Shown here piece by piece: positions 35,223-48,260 of a stretch of DNA of 64,000 bases; the stretch's first letter is position 1, and each line of letters starts with the position of its first letter. The notes under the pieces are model-generated. The model made no database searches, was not told where the DNA came from, and saw nothing but the letters and a program-made list of their open reading frames with translations. This DNA is from Lama guanicoe. Lineage: Eukaryota. Location: the NCBI GenBank assembly GCA_013239625.1, contig MU054974.1, forward strand, positions 930,001-994,000, in the 5' to 3' direction. The translations under genes and the position numbers were made by a program.

Positions 35223-35839
35223 CTTCGGTGGCCCAGGAGGAGCGCGGAAAAGGGGATCAATGCCAGTGCTGGGGACAGACGCTCAGCGCCACGCTCCCCT
35301 TCCCGACCCAACAGCAGTCGCCCCGGGACCCAGACAGCCCACCCCTGCCGCTGGCCACGTGCTTCTGTTTCGTCTCTGTGACACGGGGCATCTCACGCTC
35401 CACGGCAAACTGCACCGCATGGGCCTTACGGGCAGTCAGTAAGCCAAGCAAGGAAATCCTGCCTCCAGCGAATCAGCAAACACACCGGAGGCCGCACACA
35501 GGGCTCGGCCGGTCCGCCTCGGGCGCACAAGGACCACGCCCAGGCAGGCCGGGCTCAGGCACCAACTCTCCTCGAGCGGGGGCACCGACTCCGTGTGACC
35601 GACCACGCCAGACAATTTGCACAAAGGATGTAAAATCTTCTCTCCCCAGTTCTACCTTGGGGACCGTGGTGGTGGCAAGTTATCCAACCGAACAATGAAC
35701 TCAAAAGCTGCTATCAGGGGGCCCGCGGAGAGGCGCCTGTACCTCTCGTGAGGACTGTGAACATGGGAGTGAAGCAGGGGGGACCCTGCGGAGGAGGAGG
35801 GGGCCCGGGGTCCAGCAGAGCTGAGAGCCGGAAACTCAC

Positions 35840-35933
35840 CAACCATGACAGACGTGTAGCTCTGCGCGGGGTCGAAGGGACACCTCCCTTTGCCATCTTC
35901 ATTTTTCCCCAGAAACTGAAAGGATGTTAAGCT
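35840..35933 (-). CDS. SEMA4D: SEMA4D coding exon 5
   Basis: ccattatag| ... TTG|gtgagt, 94 nt, SLTSFQFLGKNEDGKGRCPFDPAQSYTSVMV. Confidence 0.97.
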
Positions 35934-38129
35934 CTATAATGGAACGAGAAGAAAGAGAATCACAACGTGTCTGCGTTTCTGCAGTCATAGCGTTGTCTTC
36001 GTTGCACGGTTTAATTACAGACTCGCTCCTCCGGGGGGACGGAGGGGAGAGCGCATGTGCAGCCAGCCCCCGAGTCCCGGTCTGGACGCCGGCGTCTCGG
36101 CGTGCTCGCTTTGACACCCTTGAGAGCTCCTTGAGATTCTGGAGCCTCGGTTTGCTCCTCTGTAAGACAAGCACAGCGGTGCTGATGGCTCAAGGGCCGT
36201 CGAGCAGCCAGGGCAACCCAAACACAGGACGTGCTCTGGAATGAGCAGAGGACACGTGCAGAATCCTAACGTCCACAGAGATGGCCCTCGTGGCAGCGGG
36301 GGACCCGGCCAGCCAACGAACAGATGACAGGAAGGAGCAGGACCTCCCCCTCATTCTGCCACCAAAACCCACTGCAGATGGATCAGTGACTTGAAAATTA
36401 AAAACGGAACCGTGCTGCGTGAACAGAGATTTCAGTCTTAGGACAATCCTGTCACCTAGCGAGAGAGCCCGGATCAAGTCGGGGAGAGAGACAACGGACA
36501 GAGCCAACACGCAGAGGACCGGGCGGCTCCTGTCGACAGAAAGAATGAGACAGAGACCAGCAACAGTGACCACGTGGGGGGAAAGCCTGCAAAATGGGGC
36601 GTCTCCACCCCGAACGTGTCACAAGCTTGTTCATATGAGGTAAGAAGGCACCCAGGAGGAAAATGGTCAAAACACAGCAAGTGAGAGGAAGAAGAAACCC
36701 ACGGGGCAGCGCAGACAGCAGAGGGTGCTCCGAGCTACCGGAAACCCAGCAAGCACGCGGAAACGGGCGCGGGAGGCGATTTTCCACCCAGCAGCCTGGA
36801 GGAGCTCCAGAAGGTGGACAGCCTGCCTGCGGGGGTGGACGAGCCGCCTCACTGTCTGTCTGCCTGCCTGCCTGAGGGAGGGAGGGGAACGTGTCACAGC
36901 CACAGAGCAGAAAGGGCCCAGGCGCACGAGGAAAGCCGCGGCCACGTTTCTAGCAGGCGGGTGAAGCGACACGCTCCGCTTCGGTCACCAGGCGTGAACC
37001 GGGGCTGCCAGGGCACTCACTTGGCGCGACCCGCGGGCCCAGTTCCCAGGGAATGTTTGGGGAAATCTGCGCGAGGACTGAAGGTGAGGTGACACCGGGG
37101 AACTCCTAAGTCTTAGATGTGATGACAGACTTGGCATGACGCAGGAAAATGCCATTACTCTTAGGCACGTGACAGCATTCAGGGGTCACGGGCCACAGCT
37201 GCGCACGCTCCCCACTGTGCGGTCCAGGTGCTTGGGACATGCGGGCAGGACCAACTGTGCTGTCGGCTTGAAAAATTTTTTAAATGTTGGGGGAAAAAAT
37301 ACAGGCCTAGCTTGAAATGGAATATACGATCCCCCGACTTCAACAAACGACATGTCTATGGAACTGAAGTTTAAATTCCACACGCTAAGATTCTAACTAG
37401 AGTTTAGCCAGGAAGCCCTTTCACGTACCCAATGTTCCTAATACGACTACTACGCAGTCCGTGGCTGAGGACCGCAGGTCTCGGCGTCTCGAGCACCCCC
37501 CACCCCGACACCAACCTCGGCCGCGGGGTCTGTGGACAGACGGCCCGGCAGACCCAGGCCACGTGCGGACCCCTCCCCAGGGGTCCGTGTGAACACCAGC
37601 CTTTCCAGGCAGATCCTTACTTTGCCACACCTTGTCCTATCATCAACCTCTGACTCAGGCTTGGAAAATATTTTAAAGTTCCAACTGATTTAGGGTTTAA
37701 GCAGAGTAAGCCCTCCGCGCCGGCGTACTTCACGTGTGACGGGTGCTCGCTAAGTCAGGGTAGAAGGTGGGCCTCATTTTCAACCCTCACGTGCATTTAA
37801 AACACTCCTCCTCCCCATCTGTGGTCTTACAAATGGCTCATCAGATCCTCTGGGGACGAAGATTACCTCCGGGAGAGACACCGCCCGCTAACGCCCTCGC
37901 TCCTTCCAGCTCACAGTCCACAGGTGAGTCAGCAGCGGCGGGAGGGCGGGGTGAGGGCGGGGGCCCTCTCCCCAGGACCCTGGCGCAGCGGAAGGCAACT
38001 GACCAGGCTCGGGGTGAGTCGGGGACGTGACGCAGGCGAGGGAGGGGCGAGGCCCTGCTTCTAAGCCCCAGCACACTCACTCGCCCTTGGAGGAGCGAAT
38101 TCCAGAAGGGGCATCGGGGCAACTCACAC

Positions 38130-38524
38130 CCCAGCAGCCGGCACCGGATGGCAGCGCCCCAGGACCAGAGGGGCAGACACGCGTCCTGGGGACAGTGGGC
38201 CCAGGCTGCTCTGAAGACCACACGTGGGATGGGGACACACATTCACTCCTCTTGGTTCTGGGGGCAGGACGCCAGGGATCAGGGAGCCAGCATGGTTAGC
38301 TCCTGGCGAGGAGCCCCTTCCTGGCTCGCAGACAGCGGCCTTCTTGCTGCGTCCTCACGTGGTGAGAGAGAGAGAACGGTCTCTGATGTCTCTTCCTCTT
38401 CTTGTGAGGCCATCATCCCATCGCATCAGGACTCCACCCTTATGATCTCGTTTACCTTCACTTATCGGGGAATTATGGCTTCAACATATGGATTTGGGGG
38501 GGTCACAGACATTCAGCCCACAAC
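38130..38524 (-). mobile_element. MLT1 (MaLR) solo LTR
   Basis: ttcaacatatggatttggggg...acattcagcccacaaca terminus and ctccacccttatgatctc core. Confidence 0.65.
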
Positions 38525-38934
38525 ATACACGAGCCAAGAACCGGGGATGGACCTAGGAGCAGAGGTCCTGGCTTCCCCACTTGGCCAGGACCCAGCACGT
38601 AGCCAGGGCTCCTCAAACAGTGCAGAATGTGACAAAGAGAAGCAGGCAGGACGCTGGGTCCCGGCTCACTGTGCTTCTCTGTCAACAACGCCCCTCCCAG
38701 GAGGTGCCCCGCTGCCAGCTTTGCACCGTGGCCAGTGGCCCCGTGGGTCCTGCCCCGGCCACGCCCTCAGTCATGCTGAGAGGAGGCTGGCGAGAGGATG
38801 GGGCCTTCGGAGCTGCCCCACCCCCACACGGCCGCAGGGAGGAAACCCCCCGGTCTGCAGAGTGGGGCTCACCGGGCGCTGCCCCCCGCCCTGCTCTGCT
38901 CTAACTGCTGGCCAGGGACGCGCTGCAGCCTTAC

Positions 38935-39033
38935 CAGGTGGTCGCAGGCCGGCTGGAACGCGTTGGTCCCGCACACGTAAAGGGCGCTGGCACTCAGCAG
39001 CTGCAGCACGCGGATGTAGTTCAGGCATTCCGT
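38935..39033 (-). CDS. SEMA4D: SEMA4D coding exon 4
   Basis: ccttgtag| ... CTG|gtaagg, 99 nt, [33 protein letters not shown]. Confidence 0.97.
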
Positions 39034-40591
39034 CTACAAGGGCGGGAAGTGCACGGGTCAACCAGATGTCCTCACAGCCCGGCGTGTTCACTGCTGCGTG
39101 TCCTCACACACCGGCCTGGCCCAGCCCTGCCCAGCATGGGGGGAGCAGACTCACTGAGACCCGGCCCCACCCCTGGACAAACCTCAATCTGCAGCAGGCT
39201 GAGGGCTTCTGTCTCCGCAGCGCCCACAGGCCGCTGTCACGTGCCAAGTGGATTTCACTTCAGGCACTAATTTGCACTCAGCAAAGATGTGCCGGCCAAA
39301 ACAGCCATGGAAGCTGACCTCGAACCTCGCTGGACACCCACCATGGGAGAAGCCATGTTCGCTCCCTGAGCACACGCGCACCGGGCTGGCAGGCCCACAG
39401 GGAAGTGCGCTGTGCGGAATTCCCTCCGCCTTCCCCTGCTCTGGGGGGCCCCAGCCTCCACACCCCAGTGCGTGCAACTGGAAACAGTGCTTGTCAGGAG
39501 AGGGGTGTGTCTCACCCGCCCAGCTCAGGGCCGAGGCTGGACTAATGAGGGGTCCGCCTCAGAACGCCGCCGAGGAACCCGCTATTTCAGGCTGAAATGT
39601 CCTTGGATTATACGTGCCAGTATCTGAAATTATCCCTGCTCAGAAAAGTGTTTTTGTTTTTGTTTGTTTTCTTTGTGCCACGATTGTTCTTTAAACTGGC
39701 TTTAAACTCATCCTCCCCAAAAGGAACTGGGAGGGGCCCTGACCGCCGCACGGCCCCACGCGGGCGGCCAGAGCACTCGCCCTAATTTAGCTCCAGGGCC
39801 ACTCCCTGCAGCGCCCAATGCTACACTGCAAGGCCTGCATGTTCCCTCGTTTCTCACACTAACTTGAATTTAGTGACTTTAAGTGAAAGTGTTGAGCATT
39901 TTGCTGAAAATAATTTAGCCAAAATTCTCTTACTTTTGGTTTTTAAAAAAACAATTTAACTGTTTTGAAATTAACTGGTAACTACTGCGATTTACAACTC
40001 AGTTGTCTACACCAACTGCCAAGACAGGGTCTTAAATTCTAAGACTCCAACACTGGCCCAGCACCAGTTAGACGCAGGGAGGCCCAGTGGGTGAGGGGGT
40101 AACCCAAGCTCGGGACGGAGACAGACCCTCAGCCCAGGGCTCCCAGACGGGCACCTGCTTCAGGTGCCCCGCATCTCCTGGAGAAGGAGCAGACTCTCAA
40201 GGGAGAGGTGCTGCCCCAAATCCAGGACCCCTGCACCCCCCGCCAGGCCGCTGGGGTGCAGCGGCGGCACGAACCCTGCACATCACACCTTCAGCCAACA
40301 GGCACCAGGCACTGCTTTCTGTAGTCAAAGTTTTAGGCCCTCTGAATAAATTCAGTTCAGATAACCTTTTAAGTAATTTGCAAAAGCTGTGTTTGGCACC
40401 TGCTTTGAGAGCCCCAAGCTCACCAGCTGGGCACAGAGGGATCACCTGCAGGGGGAGTCAGGAGGACGTGACTGCTAGAATTCTGAGGGCTGGGCCACCG
40501 CCTGGGCGGTGCTGAGCAAGCCGGGGCACGCGGGAGCGCAAAGCAACTAAGAAACGCCTGGGTGGCCTTTGAAGTTGGCCGACGAAGTTAC

Positions 40592-40654
40592 CTGTTTTGA
40601 CTTCCCCTTCTCCGCGCATTTGGCTTTTTTATCTTCTGAGACCTTCCAGTAGGC
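40592..40654 (-). CDS. SEMA4D: SEMA4D coding exon 3
   Basis: tcctcacag| ... CAG|gtaact, 63 nt, AYWKVSEDKKAKCAEKGKSKQ. Confidence 0.96.
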
Positions 40655-43150
40655 CTGTGAGGAGGAATGAGGGTCCATTTTAGTGCACGTTCCCCCTTTC
40701 AAAGGAGATGCTGGCATGAAAAACGTACAGTTCACAAAGCGCACGGTGGCGTCTAGAGCACAACTATTTCCCGAGACGGTAACATCCGAGGCGGCAAAGC
40801 GAGGCTCGGAGAGCAGGCACCGGGGCCCGTGAGCAACCGGTCCCGGGAAAGTTCTAGCCATGAGCCTCCCCCGCAGCCGGGGACCGGGAAGGCTGCTCCC
40901 GGATGACCGTGATTCACAACGAAGCAACTGCAAAAACTAAACGTGTGCAAGTGGGGAGGACTGAATTATTTATCAAAAAGCTGAACCACCGGTATTCTCA
41001 AGACCAGAGTGGGTTTCTTCATCCCTTCCGAAGTGACTCTGGAGTCCAGTAAAAAGTCTTTGCCGTTTACTTGAACCATCAGTGAAACGGCAGGATGATG
41101 AGTCTCTAAATGTTATGTGATGGCAGCAGGGGAAGGCAACGGAGCAGCGCGCGGGTGGAGCACCCTCCGCAGACGTGGGAAGCTCTGGGCTCCTGCTCCG
41201 TCCGCACCAGGTCTATGAGTCAGGCTGGCGGCGCCTCGGCCCCTCGCCCTCCAGGGGATGGGGAGCGACAGCCTGCGTCACCGAAGGCTCCCGCACTCCT
41301 GCTCCCCCTCCCCGAGACCCCCCACCTGCCTGTGTGATATTCCAGGACTGATGCCAAATTATAATCTATTTCCCACCTCGAGAACCAAAGCCGGCCGTCG
41401 GGCGCTCAGAGGTCAGGAGGCACACATAGCGTCTCCACGGCAGTGGAGTGAGTCCCTCAGCAGTGTTGCCAGAGGACTGGGAGTCCCAACCAGGCCCCAC
41501 GAAAGCAGAACAAAGCCCCATTTCAAACAGCAGCCGCCTTTAGAAACCAAAATGCGGGGAGTTTAACCATCATCTACGCACAACGCCTGAGGACATGGGA
41601 ACGGAGCTCTGACGGGCCCCTGATCACATTCCTGGGGTGGCCCTGAGGCGCGGCTGTGGCCCTTTCACCTTTTCTCTTCGTCTACGTCTACGGGGCCCAA
41701 GGCCTCTCGGTCACCCCAAGGGGCCACAGTGGCCGAGCACCCGCGGGCCGGCGTGTGTGCGCAGTGGAACCGCGGTTCTCCCAGGATGACACCCTGGAGG
41801 GCGGCATTGGCCCCTGTCATGGGGAAAGGGGTGTGAAGGACAGGGGGTGGGGCTGAGTTCCAGGAGGCAGGCCCGGGCTCCCTCTGCTCTGAGCGTAGGG
41901 CGTAGAGTCAGGAGACAAAACCAAACCAAAAAACTAAGGCGTCTGGGGCAGAAAATGCACAAGATGAGTGTGGACCGGCTCGACTCCAGAGAGCAACAAA
42001 ACCACACCAGCCGTTGAGGTCGCGTCTAAGGACTCGGGAGCCATGGAGAGGCCGTCAGAGGCCAGGAGGGGACAATCCGGGCATTGAGAACGGCTCGGGG
42101 CACTTCCAACATGTTTAAATCCATGAGTCATGGTCGTGCTGAAAAAAAATCCATCAAAACACTCTCTCCCTTTGGAGAGAATGAACTCATTATTTTGAAA
42201 ACCTGTAAATCGTGGCAAGGATTTCAAGCACTGGTCCTGCCATTCCCAGAGGAACCGGCGTCGGGAGGCGTAATCAGCTGCTGACAGACAACGTGCCAGC
42301 TCACAGGCGGGGAAGGGAAGGCAGAGTTGGAACGTCCCGTTTTGCAACCCTTAACGTGAGTGTGGCTCTGGGCTGTGACGGGCAGGGGCTGGCTGGAGGG
42401 TCCTGCCTCTCACAGGAGCCAGGCCGAGGCTGGGGGCTGGACAGGACTGCGAGGGGCTTTCCCAGCGAGTGGACCCAGGGCGGCTCCCAGAAACAGACCT
42501 CGACAGAGCGCCCGGCCACACCGACAGCCTGATTTCAACCCGATCAAACAGGACAGGACAGCCAGCCAAACGTCAGTTACGAGAGAGTCCGTGAAACGGG
42601 AACCCTATCTGATGTTAATGTTTCAGACGTGATCATGATACTCTGGTGATTCTAAAGAGAAAAAAAAGGCATCCTTTCCTATAGGGGATGCCCAGGGAAA
42701 CATCTGCAGATGAAGAGTGTTTGGGATTTGCCTCACAGCCTCCTGGGGGGGCGCAGAGGAGGGGGACACGGGAGGGAGGACGGGGGTGAACCCCTGGCCT
42801 GCAGGAGCCTCGATGGTACAGGGTTCATCACATCACTCCCTCCGCTCCCACGTATGCCTCAGATTTTTCTGTAATAAACAGTTCAAAAATCCAAGATGAA
42901 AAGAGGGTGACCCCAGGTGAGCTGCCGGCCCGGGGAGGACAGAGGCTCCCGGGGACACCCCGCGTTGGGGCTTCGTGGACACAGGGCGGGAAGGAAGTTT
43001 CGGGAGGAGAGGACCCTTGGTCCTGGTAGGCGAGCAGGCTGCTCAGCAGGTGTGCGGGACGTCTGTGGGGCCGGCCTTGGGGGTGAGCAGGCCACACGCC
43101 AAGCAAGGGTCTGACACCCTGGGCACAGCCCAGTGGAGCCCACGTCATAC

Positions 43151-43296
43151 CTCGTGCAGCTTCTTGGAGATGTTGTGCGCGTTCAAGGCAAACACGGCTT
43201 CCCGGGCGCCCACGTACAAGGTGTCCTTGTCCTCGCTCAGCAGCAAGGCCGAGTAGTTGAAGATGCCCGGCTCGTGAAACTGCACCAGCGGCACCT
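43151..43296 (-). CDS. SEMA4D: SEMA4D coding exon 2
   Basis: Poly-C tract then cag| ... GAG|gtatga, 146 nt, EVPLVQFHEPGIFNYSALLLSEDKDTLYVGAREAVFALNAHNISKKLHE. Confidence 0.97.
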
Positions 43297-43984
43297 CTGG
43301 GGGGGGGGGGCAGGTCAGGGGGAAGGAAAGAACATTCTGGGTGTTTCTGAGCCTGGACACACCCTGAGCGCCCGGGCTCCTTCCACTGCGCCGTCACGGC
43401 CGGGCCGTGCAGGGGTCTGCTGCCCCGGCGGCCGGAACTCAGGCACCTTCGGGTGGAGCCGACCCCCCGGGCGGCCACCAGGTGTGAGGCCCAGACCCTG
43501 CACTGTGGCCTCTCAGGAGCGCGCCCTTCGAGGGACACGACCTCCTGGCAGTGTGACCTCCTCGGAGAGCAGCCTCCCAGCAGCAGGACCTCTTCGCGGT
43601 GTGACCTGCGACCTCCCAGGAGACTGCAGACCAGCCCCACGCTGCCGGCCACCGGGCTTCCCTCCGCCTCCCACCAACCCCCTCCGTATGTGTGTTTGAC
43701 CATCCATGGGTCAGGTTTAGAAAGAACGTAACTGCTTAGGACTTTCTTATTCAGAAAAAAACCATCTACCTCAACACCTTTAAAATAATCTATTTCAGTG
43801 GTTGTGTCTTTCAACCCAACCATTTTTTCAAGGACAAACACCCCAAACTTTCAAAACAGAGAAACCAGTGACTTTTCCGCTTAGCAGCTGATTGCATCAA
43901 GAGCTGTTTAGGAAAACGAGCGATTTAGGGGTCAGTGATTCAGGAGTAACGCAAACACATCAACATTATTGCTATTATTATTGG

Positions 43985-44104
43985 TTTTTCCCGGGGGGGG
44001 GGAATCAGGTTTATTTATTTATTTTCAGGGGGGTACTGGGGGCTGAACCCACAACTTCGTGCAAACTAAGCACGCGCTCCACCACGTGAGCTACACCCTC
44101 CTCC
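43985..44104 (-). mobile_element. tRNA-derived SINE (camelid Vic-1-like)
   Basis: - strand GGAGGAGGGTGTAGCTCA...GGGTTCAGCCCCCAGTACC plus an (AAAT)n tail. Confidence 0.82.
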
Positions 44105-44743
44105 TCGCCGACACTGTTTCTTTAGAAGATGTCTCTTCTTTTTGACCATCCCAGCGTCAGCTCTGAACGTGGCTTTCTGCGTATCACCCAAGCTCTGACT
44201 TTACTTAAGGGGGAGGTGTCCCCGCTCCCCGCTCTCCTCAATGTCCAGTGTTGGCGAGAGACGCTCGCAGGACAAAGGTACCACCCGGGCTCTGCGCGGG
44301 GCAGCTCAGCCCTGCAAGGCCCCGGACCAGGACCAGGAGCGGAGCCCTCAGTCCACTGAGCCTGAAAGTCCGGGGCCCCAAGACACAGCTCCCAAGAGAG
44401 GAAATAAATAAAACGGAAACTAATAAACGGCAAACGAAGACCGCTAGTCTGAAGCTCAACTACACGCAATTCAATGTCCTCGAAGCACGGTCTGCGTCTG
44501 GGTGGCGGGCACCAGACATCAGGCACGAGGACGCTCAGCTTCCTCCCAGGGCCCCCGACTTAAAACCCAAAGCAGCAGGCGGTGCCCCAGCCCCGCGAGG
44601 GGCCGCGGCTATCCGGGCATCTCCCAGGAGCGCAGCGCAGACCCGGCAGAGCCAGCGGCTCCCACGCATCTTGCATCTCGACATCTGAGTGGGGGCCACT
44701 CCCTTCAGATGCCGCAGCGCCGCCAGCAGGGCTCTGCCCTCAC

Positions 44744-44849
44744 CTTGGTGCTCCCAGGTGATCCGAGGTACGGGAGCAAACGCCACCGCTGTCCCAAACA
44801 CCACGGCAAGGGCGGTGAGCAGCCCCCCGGCGGGGACGCACATCCTCAT
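44744..44849 (-). CDS. SEMA4D: SEMA4D first coding exon (signal peptide)
   Basis: ATG at 44849; MRMCVPAGGLLTALAVVFGTAVAFAPVPRITWEHQ; donor AAG|gtgagg; 106 nt. Confidence 0.97.
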
Positions 44850-45103
44850 CGGCTGGGCCGCAGCGGGGATTTCGGCAGCAAACGCCCGTGGGTGGCAGCG
44901 CCTGGTGGTGGGTGTCCGGCTGGGTGCTGCTCAGAGCCCTGGGGCCACGGCCTGCAGCACAGCCGGGAGCTGGGGGGCGGCGCCAGCCCCGAGGACCCGC
45001 ATTTCTCGGCGCTCTGGGAGAGGGCGGGCTGCTCTCAGCGCCGCCAGGGTCAAGGGCCACCCGGCGCTCTCAGTGTGCTGCTTTACGGCCTTCCGAAGAA
45101 ATT
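44850..45103 (-). other. SEMA4D: 5'UTR part of the SEMA4D ATG-containing exon
   Basis: Strong acceptor on -: ccttccttctcactttcttccag| at 45104-45126. Further upstream UTR exons and the promoter could not be located. Confidence 0.7.
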
Positions 45104-47789
45104 CTGGAAGAAAGTGAGAAGGAAGGATGTGTGGTAATAGCGCCTGCTTTCCGTTTGCCCAACATCCCCCACGGCTCTGCTCTCCCCACACCCCCAGCCA
45201 CAGGCTCTGTCTGCTGAGGAGCAGAGCGATGGGGACACGGGGCCCCGGGGGACAGCCCCACATGGACACAGGCGGAGTTACAGGAGTCGGGGCTTCCCGC
45301 TCCTCAGGTCAGCCCGGGATGCAGGACAGACATGGGGACCCAGGCCAGGGGGACAAGCGCCGGCCTGGCTGCCCAGCTTCCTCCCCGTGCGGCCGCCGTG
45401 TCCAGCTGGTAATGCGACGGGAAGGAAGGGAATGGAACCCGGGTTTCAGTTTCCCTCAGAGACTCCGGCTTCCCAATTCCTGTGATCCTCATCGAGGGCG
45501 ACAGTCAGAGCTAAAGACCGGAGGAGGGCACAGAGGCCGAAGCCTACGGGTACACACGCACACGCTCGCCTGCGCAAGCACACGCCTATGCACGCATACA
45601 GATACACATACACGCACACGTGTCCTGGTCATGCAAGAGTAGCTGACCTCCCGCAGGGGACAGGGCCACCCCCAATGGCCTCGCCCCTCCCGCCTCACCC
45701 TAAGTGTGCACCCATGGGGACAGTGGTCATGGGCTCTGCTTTGTCACTGAGAAACACTCGATGGAAAAAACAGCCCTGTGCTGAATACAGCAACTGTGGG
45801 GCTGGGGGTCCGCAGGTCTCCGGGCCCCCACACTCTGCCCTCCAGTCCTGGCCTCCCTCTTGCTCAGCCCCAGGCACCCTCTGCGAGGGTCCCGGTGGGG
45901 GGCCACAGGAGAGCCCCGCTCCAGATCAGGGAATCAGGGCAACTGAGCACTGGGATTTGCCCCAGACCTGAGGCCCCACCAGGATCCCAGTGACACTCTG
46001 AGATGGACTGGTTCCCAACTTCTCAGGAGGGAGCTGAAGCCACAATGCGGCCTAAGCACAGACAGGACCCTTGCTGACCACTCCTGGGGGTCCAATTAAG
46101 TGACGGCAGAAGCCCCCACGCCCTGCAGACGTGCTGCCCCGGGAGGCCCCATGCGGCGTCCGTGGGCACGCAACCCCTTCCCATCGAGTGCACTCTTGCA
46201 GTACGGCGGAGCAGCTGCCTCCCCCTCCCCCCTCCCCACAGCCCTCTCCCTGCCCCTGCTGGGCCCAGGAGTCGGCCATCCTCACCTCCTCCTCTTCCCT
46301 ACACCCCCCGCAAGCCAACCCACCTCCAGGTCTATCTGTCCAACTGACACCCCCGGGACCCTCCCTCCCGGAACCTTCCCCTTGCGCCCGCCATCACCGT
46401 CAGCATCCCTACCACCATCTGTCAGGACGTGTGAGGGGCAGCCAGCTGCCTCACTTCCTCTCCTGGCTCAGCCTCTCCCCGCGCCCCCCAGCCTGCCACA
46501 GGCCAGCATTTGTCCAGCCACCTGCCCTGCTGCTCCCTGACACCTCGGGCCAAACCTAACCTCCCAAGAGGGTTTGGGGAGAAATTTCGGCTTCCTATTC
46601 ACCTGGTTCGGTCACTGCCTCCAGGAAGCTCTCCCGGCTCCTTCCTCATTACGCCCAGGGACGTTGCTGCTCACATCCCCTGGTGTCCCTGTCTTGACCC
46701 CAAAACCCATCAGAGAAGAGAGCACGGCGTGCCCTTGGCGGAGCTCTGGGAGGTCCTCTTATTTGCATGGGGCACTACACCTCCTGCTCCATCTCATAAA
46801 GGAAGGGCTCAGGGAGGACTTGCCACTGGGGAGATGCCAGGCAAGGGCCAGACTCCAGGGAACAGGCCTCATTTGCCCGCCCACCTTCCCTGCTCAGGCG
46901 CCAGGCACCAGCCAGGCCCCCCGTCCACCCAACATCTATTCTCCGTCCTGACTGGTCCCCTGAAGTCGGGGAGCACACGGAGTCCGTCTTTTTCTCCAGG
47001 GACTGGCACGTCCTGGACGGAGGCTGGCACTTCTTTTCCACAAAGGGCCAGATGGGCATTACTTTCAGCTTTTTGATTCTTAGAGCCTCTGTCCAGTGTG
47101 GTAGCTCGAGAGCAGCCACAGATGATGGGTGAATGGATGAGCGTGGCTGAGCGCCAACACAACTGTGTACAGGACAGGCGCCGGCTGCTGGCCAAGCCCC
47201 ACACAGGGGGCCCACGGGGACAGCCAGCCCAGACACCCAGCGGCAAGGGCGTGACCCACGCTGAACGCAACACCAGATACAGCAGGAAGCTGAGGGGGCC
47301 AGGGGGGGAGGAGGGAGGGCTGCCTCACGGAGGGGCTGTCAGTGCTCACCCTCCGCGAGCCAGCTCTGGGGGCGCCCACTGTGTGGGTCACATGTCACCC
47401 TCGGCCCAGGCCCCGGGTGGGGACCCTGCTCTCCTGCCCTCAGTACGGAAGTGAGGTACAAGGAGGCTCTCGAAGTCCAGGCCAGGTGAGGTCTCACGCT
47501 GCCCAAACGTGCTCCCAGTGCGACCCGCTCAGTACACAACCCCACTGAGCGTCCAGCGAACACTAAACACTCTGCAGAAATCCCGCACGGCCCTGGGACG
47601 CGGAGGTCCTAGGGGAAGCTGTCTGTGTGGATGAGGCTGGGGTTCAAGGAGCACCGGATGCCCGCCTGGCTCACTGCCAGGTCTTGTTCACTCCGAGCGA
47701 GGCAACGCTCACCTCCCATCCTGATCTCTCCACAGCCTCCTACCCACCGACCCTGGTTCTGTTCAGCCTGCTGCCTGGAGCAGAGATTG

Positions 47790-48260
47790 CTCACTTCATG
47801 TCCCAGCATCCACATCCCTGCATTCTCACTAACAGAATCTTAATTTTCCCTGGGGTGGCAGTGTGCCCAGCTGAGCATATCTCCCAGCTTCCCTGCTGGC
47901 AGCTCTGGCCAAAGAACTGTGAACAGCAGTTATTAGGTAGGACTTCCAGTAAAGCTCTCTAAAGGAGGCTGACTCAGCTGGTGTTCGTACTTTTTGGCTT
48001 CAGCCTTTCCTCTTTTTGCTGCCTGGAAACTGATGGCTGGAGCTCTGGCAGCCATCTTGTGACTATGAAGATGGGAGGCTCATTCTAAGAACAGCCAAGT
48101 GGAAATCCACAAGAACTTGGGGCCCGCACAACAAACTGGAGACTTTTTGCCTGGTTCTCTCTGCCTACCTCTAGACTTGAAAATAAACTATTAATCCCTT
48201 TAAGTGACTGTTTCCTCAGATCATTGTTACCAGCAGCCAGACACAACCTCCCTATAACAC
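47790..48260 (+). mobile_element. MLT1-type LTR fragment
   Basis: gcctggaa...tgatggctggagct...gcagccatcttgtgactatgaag...aataaac...ttgttaccagcagcc. Confidence 0.6.

Noticed and set aside
38148-39317. 389-aa + strand ORF antisense to SEMA4D
   Set aside because: Crosses an MLT1 LTR and the antisense of exon 4; no domain or splice support.
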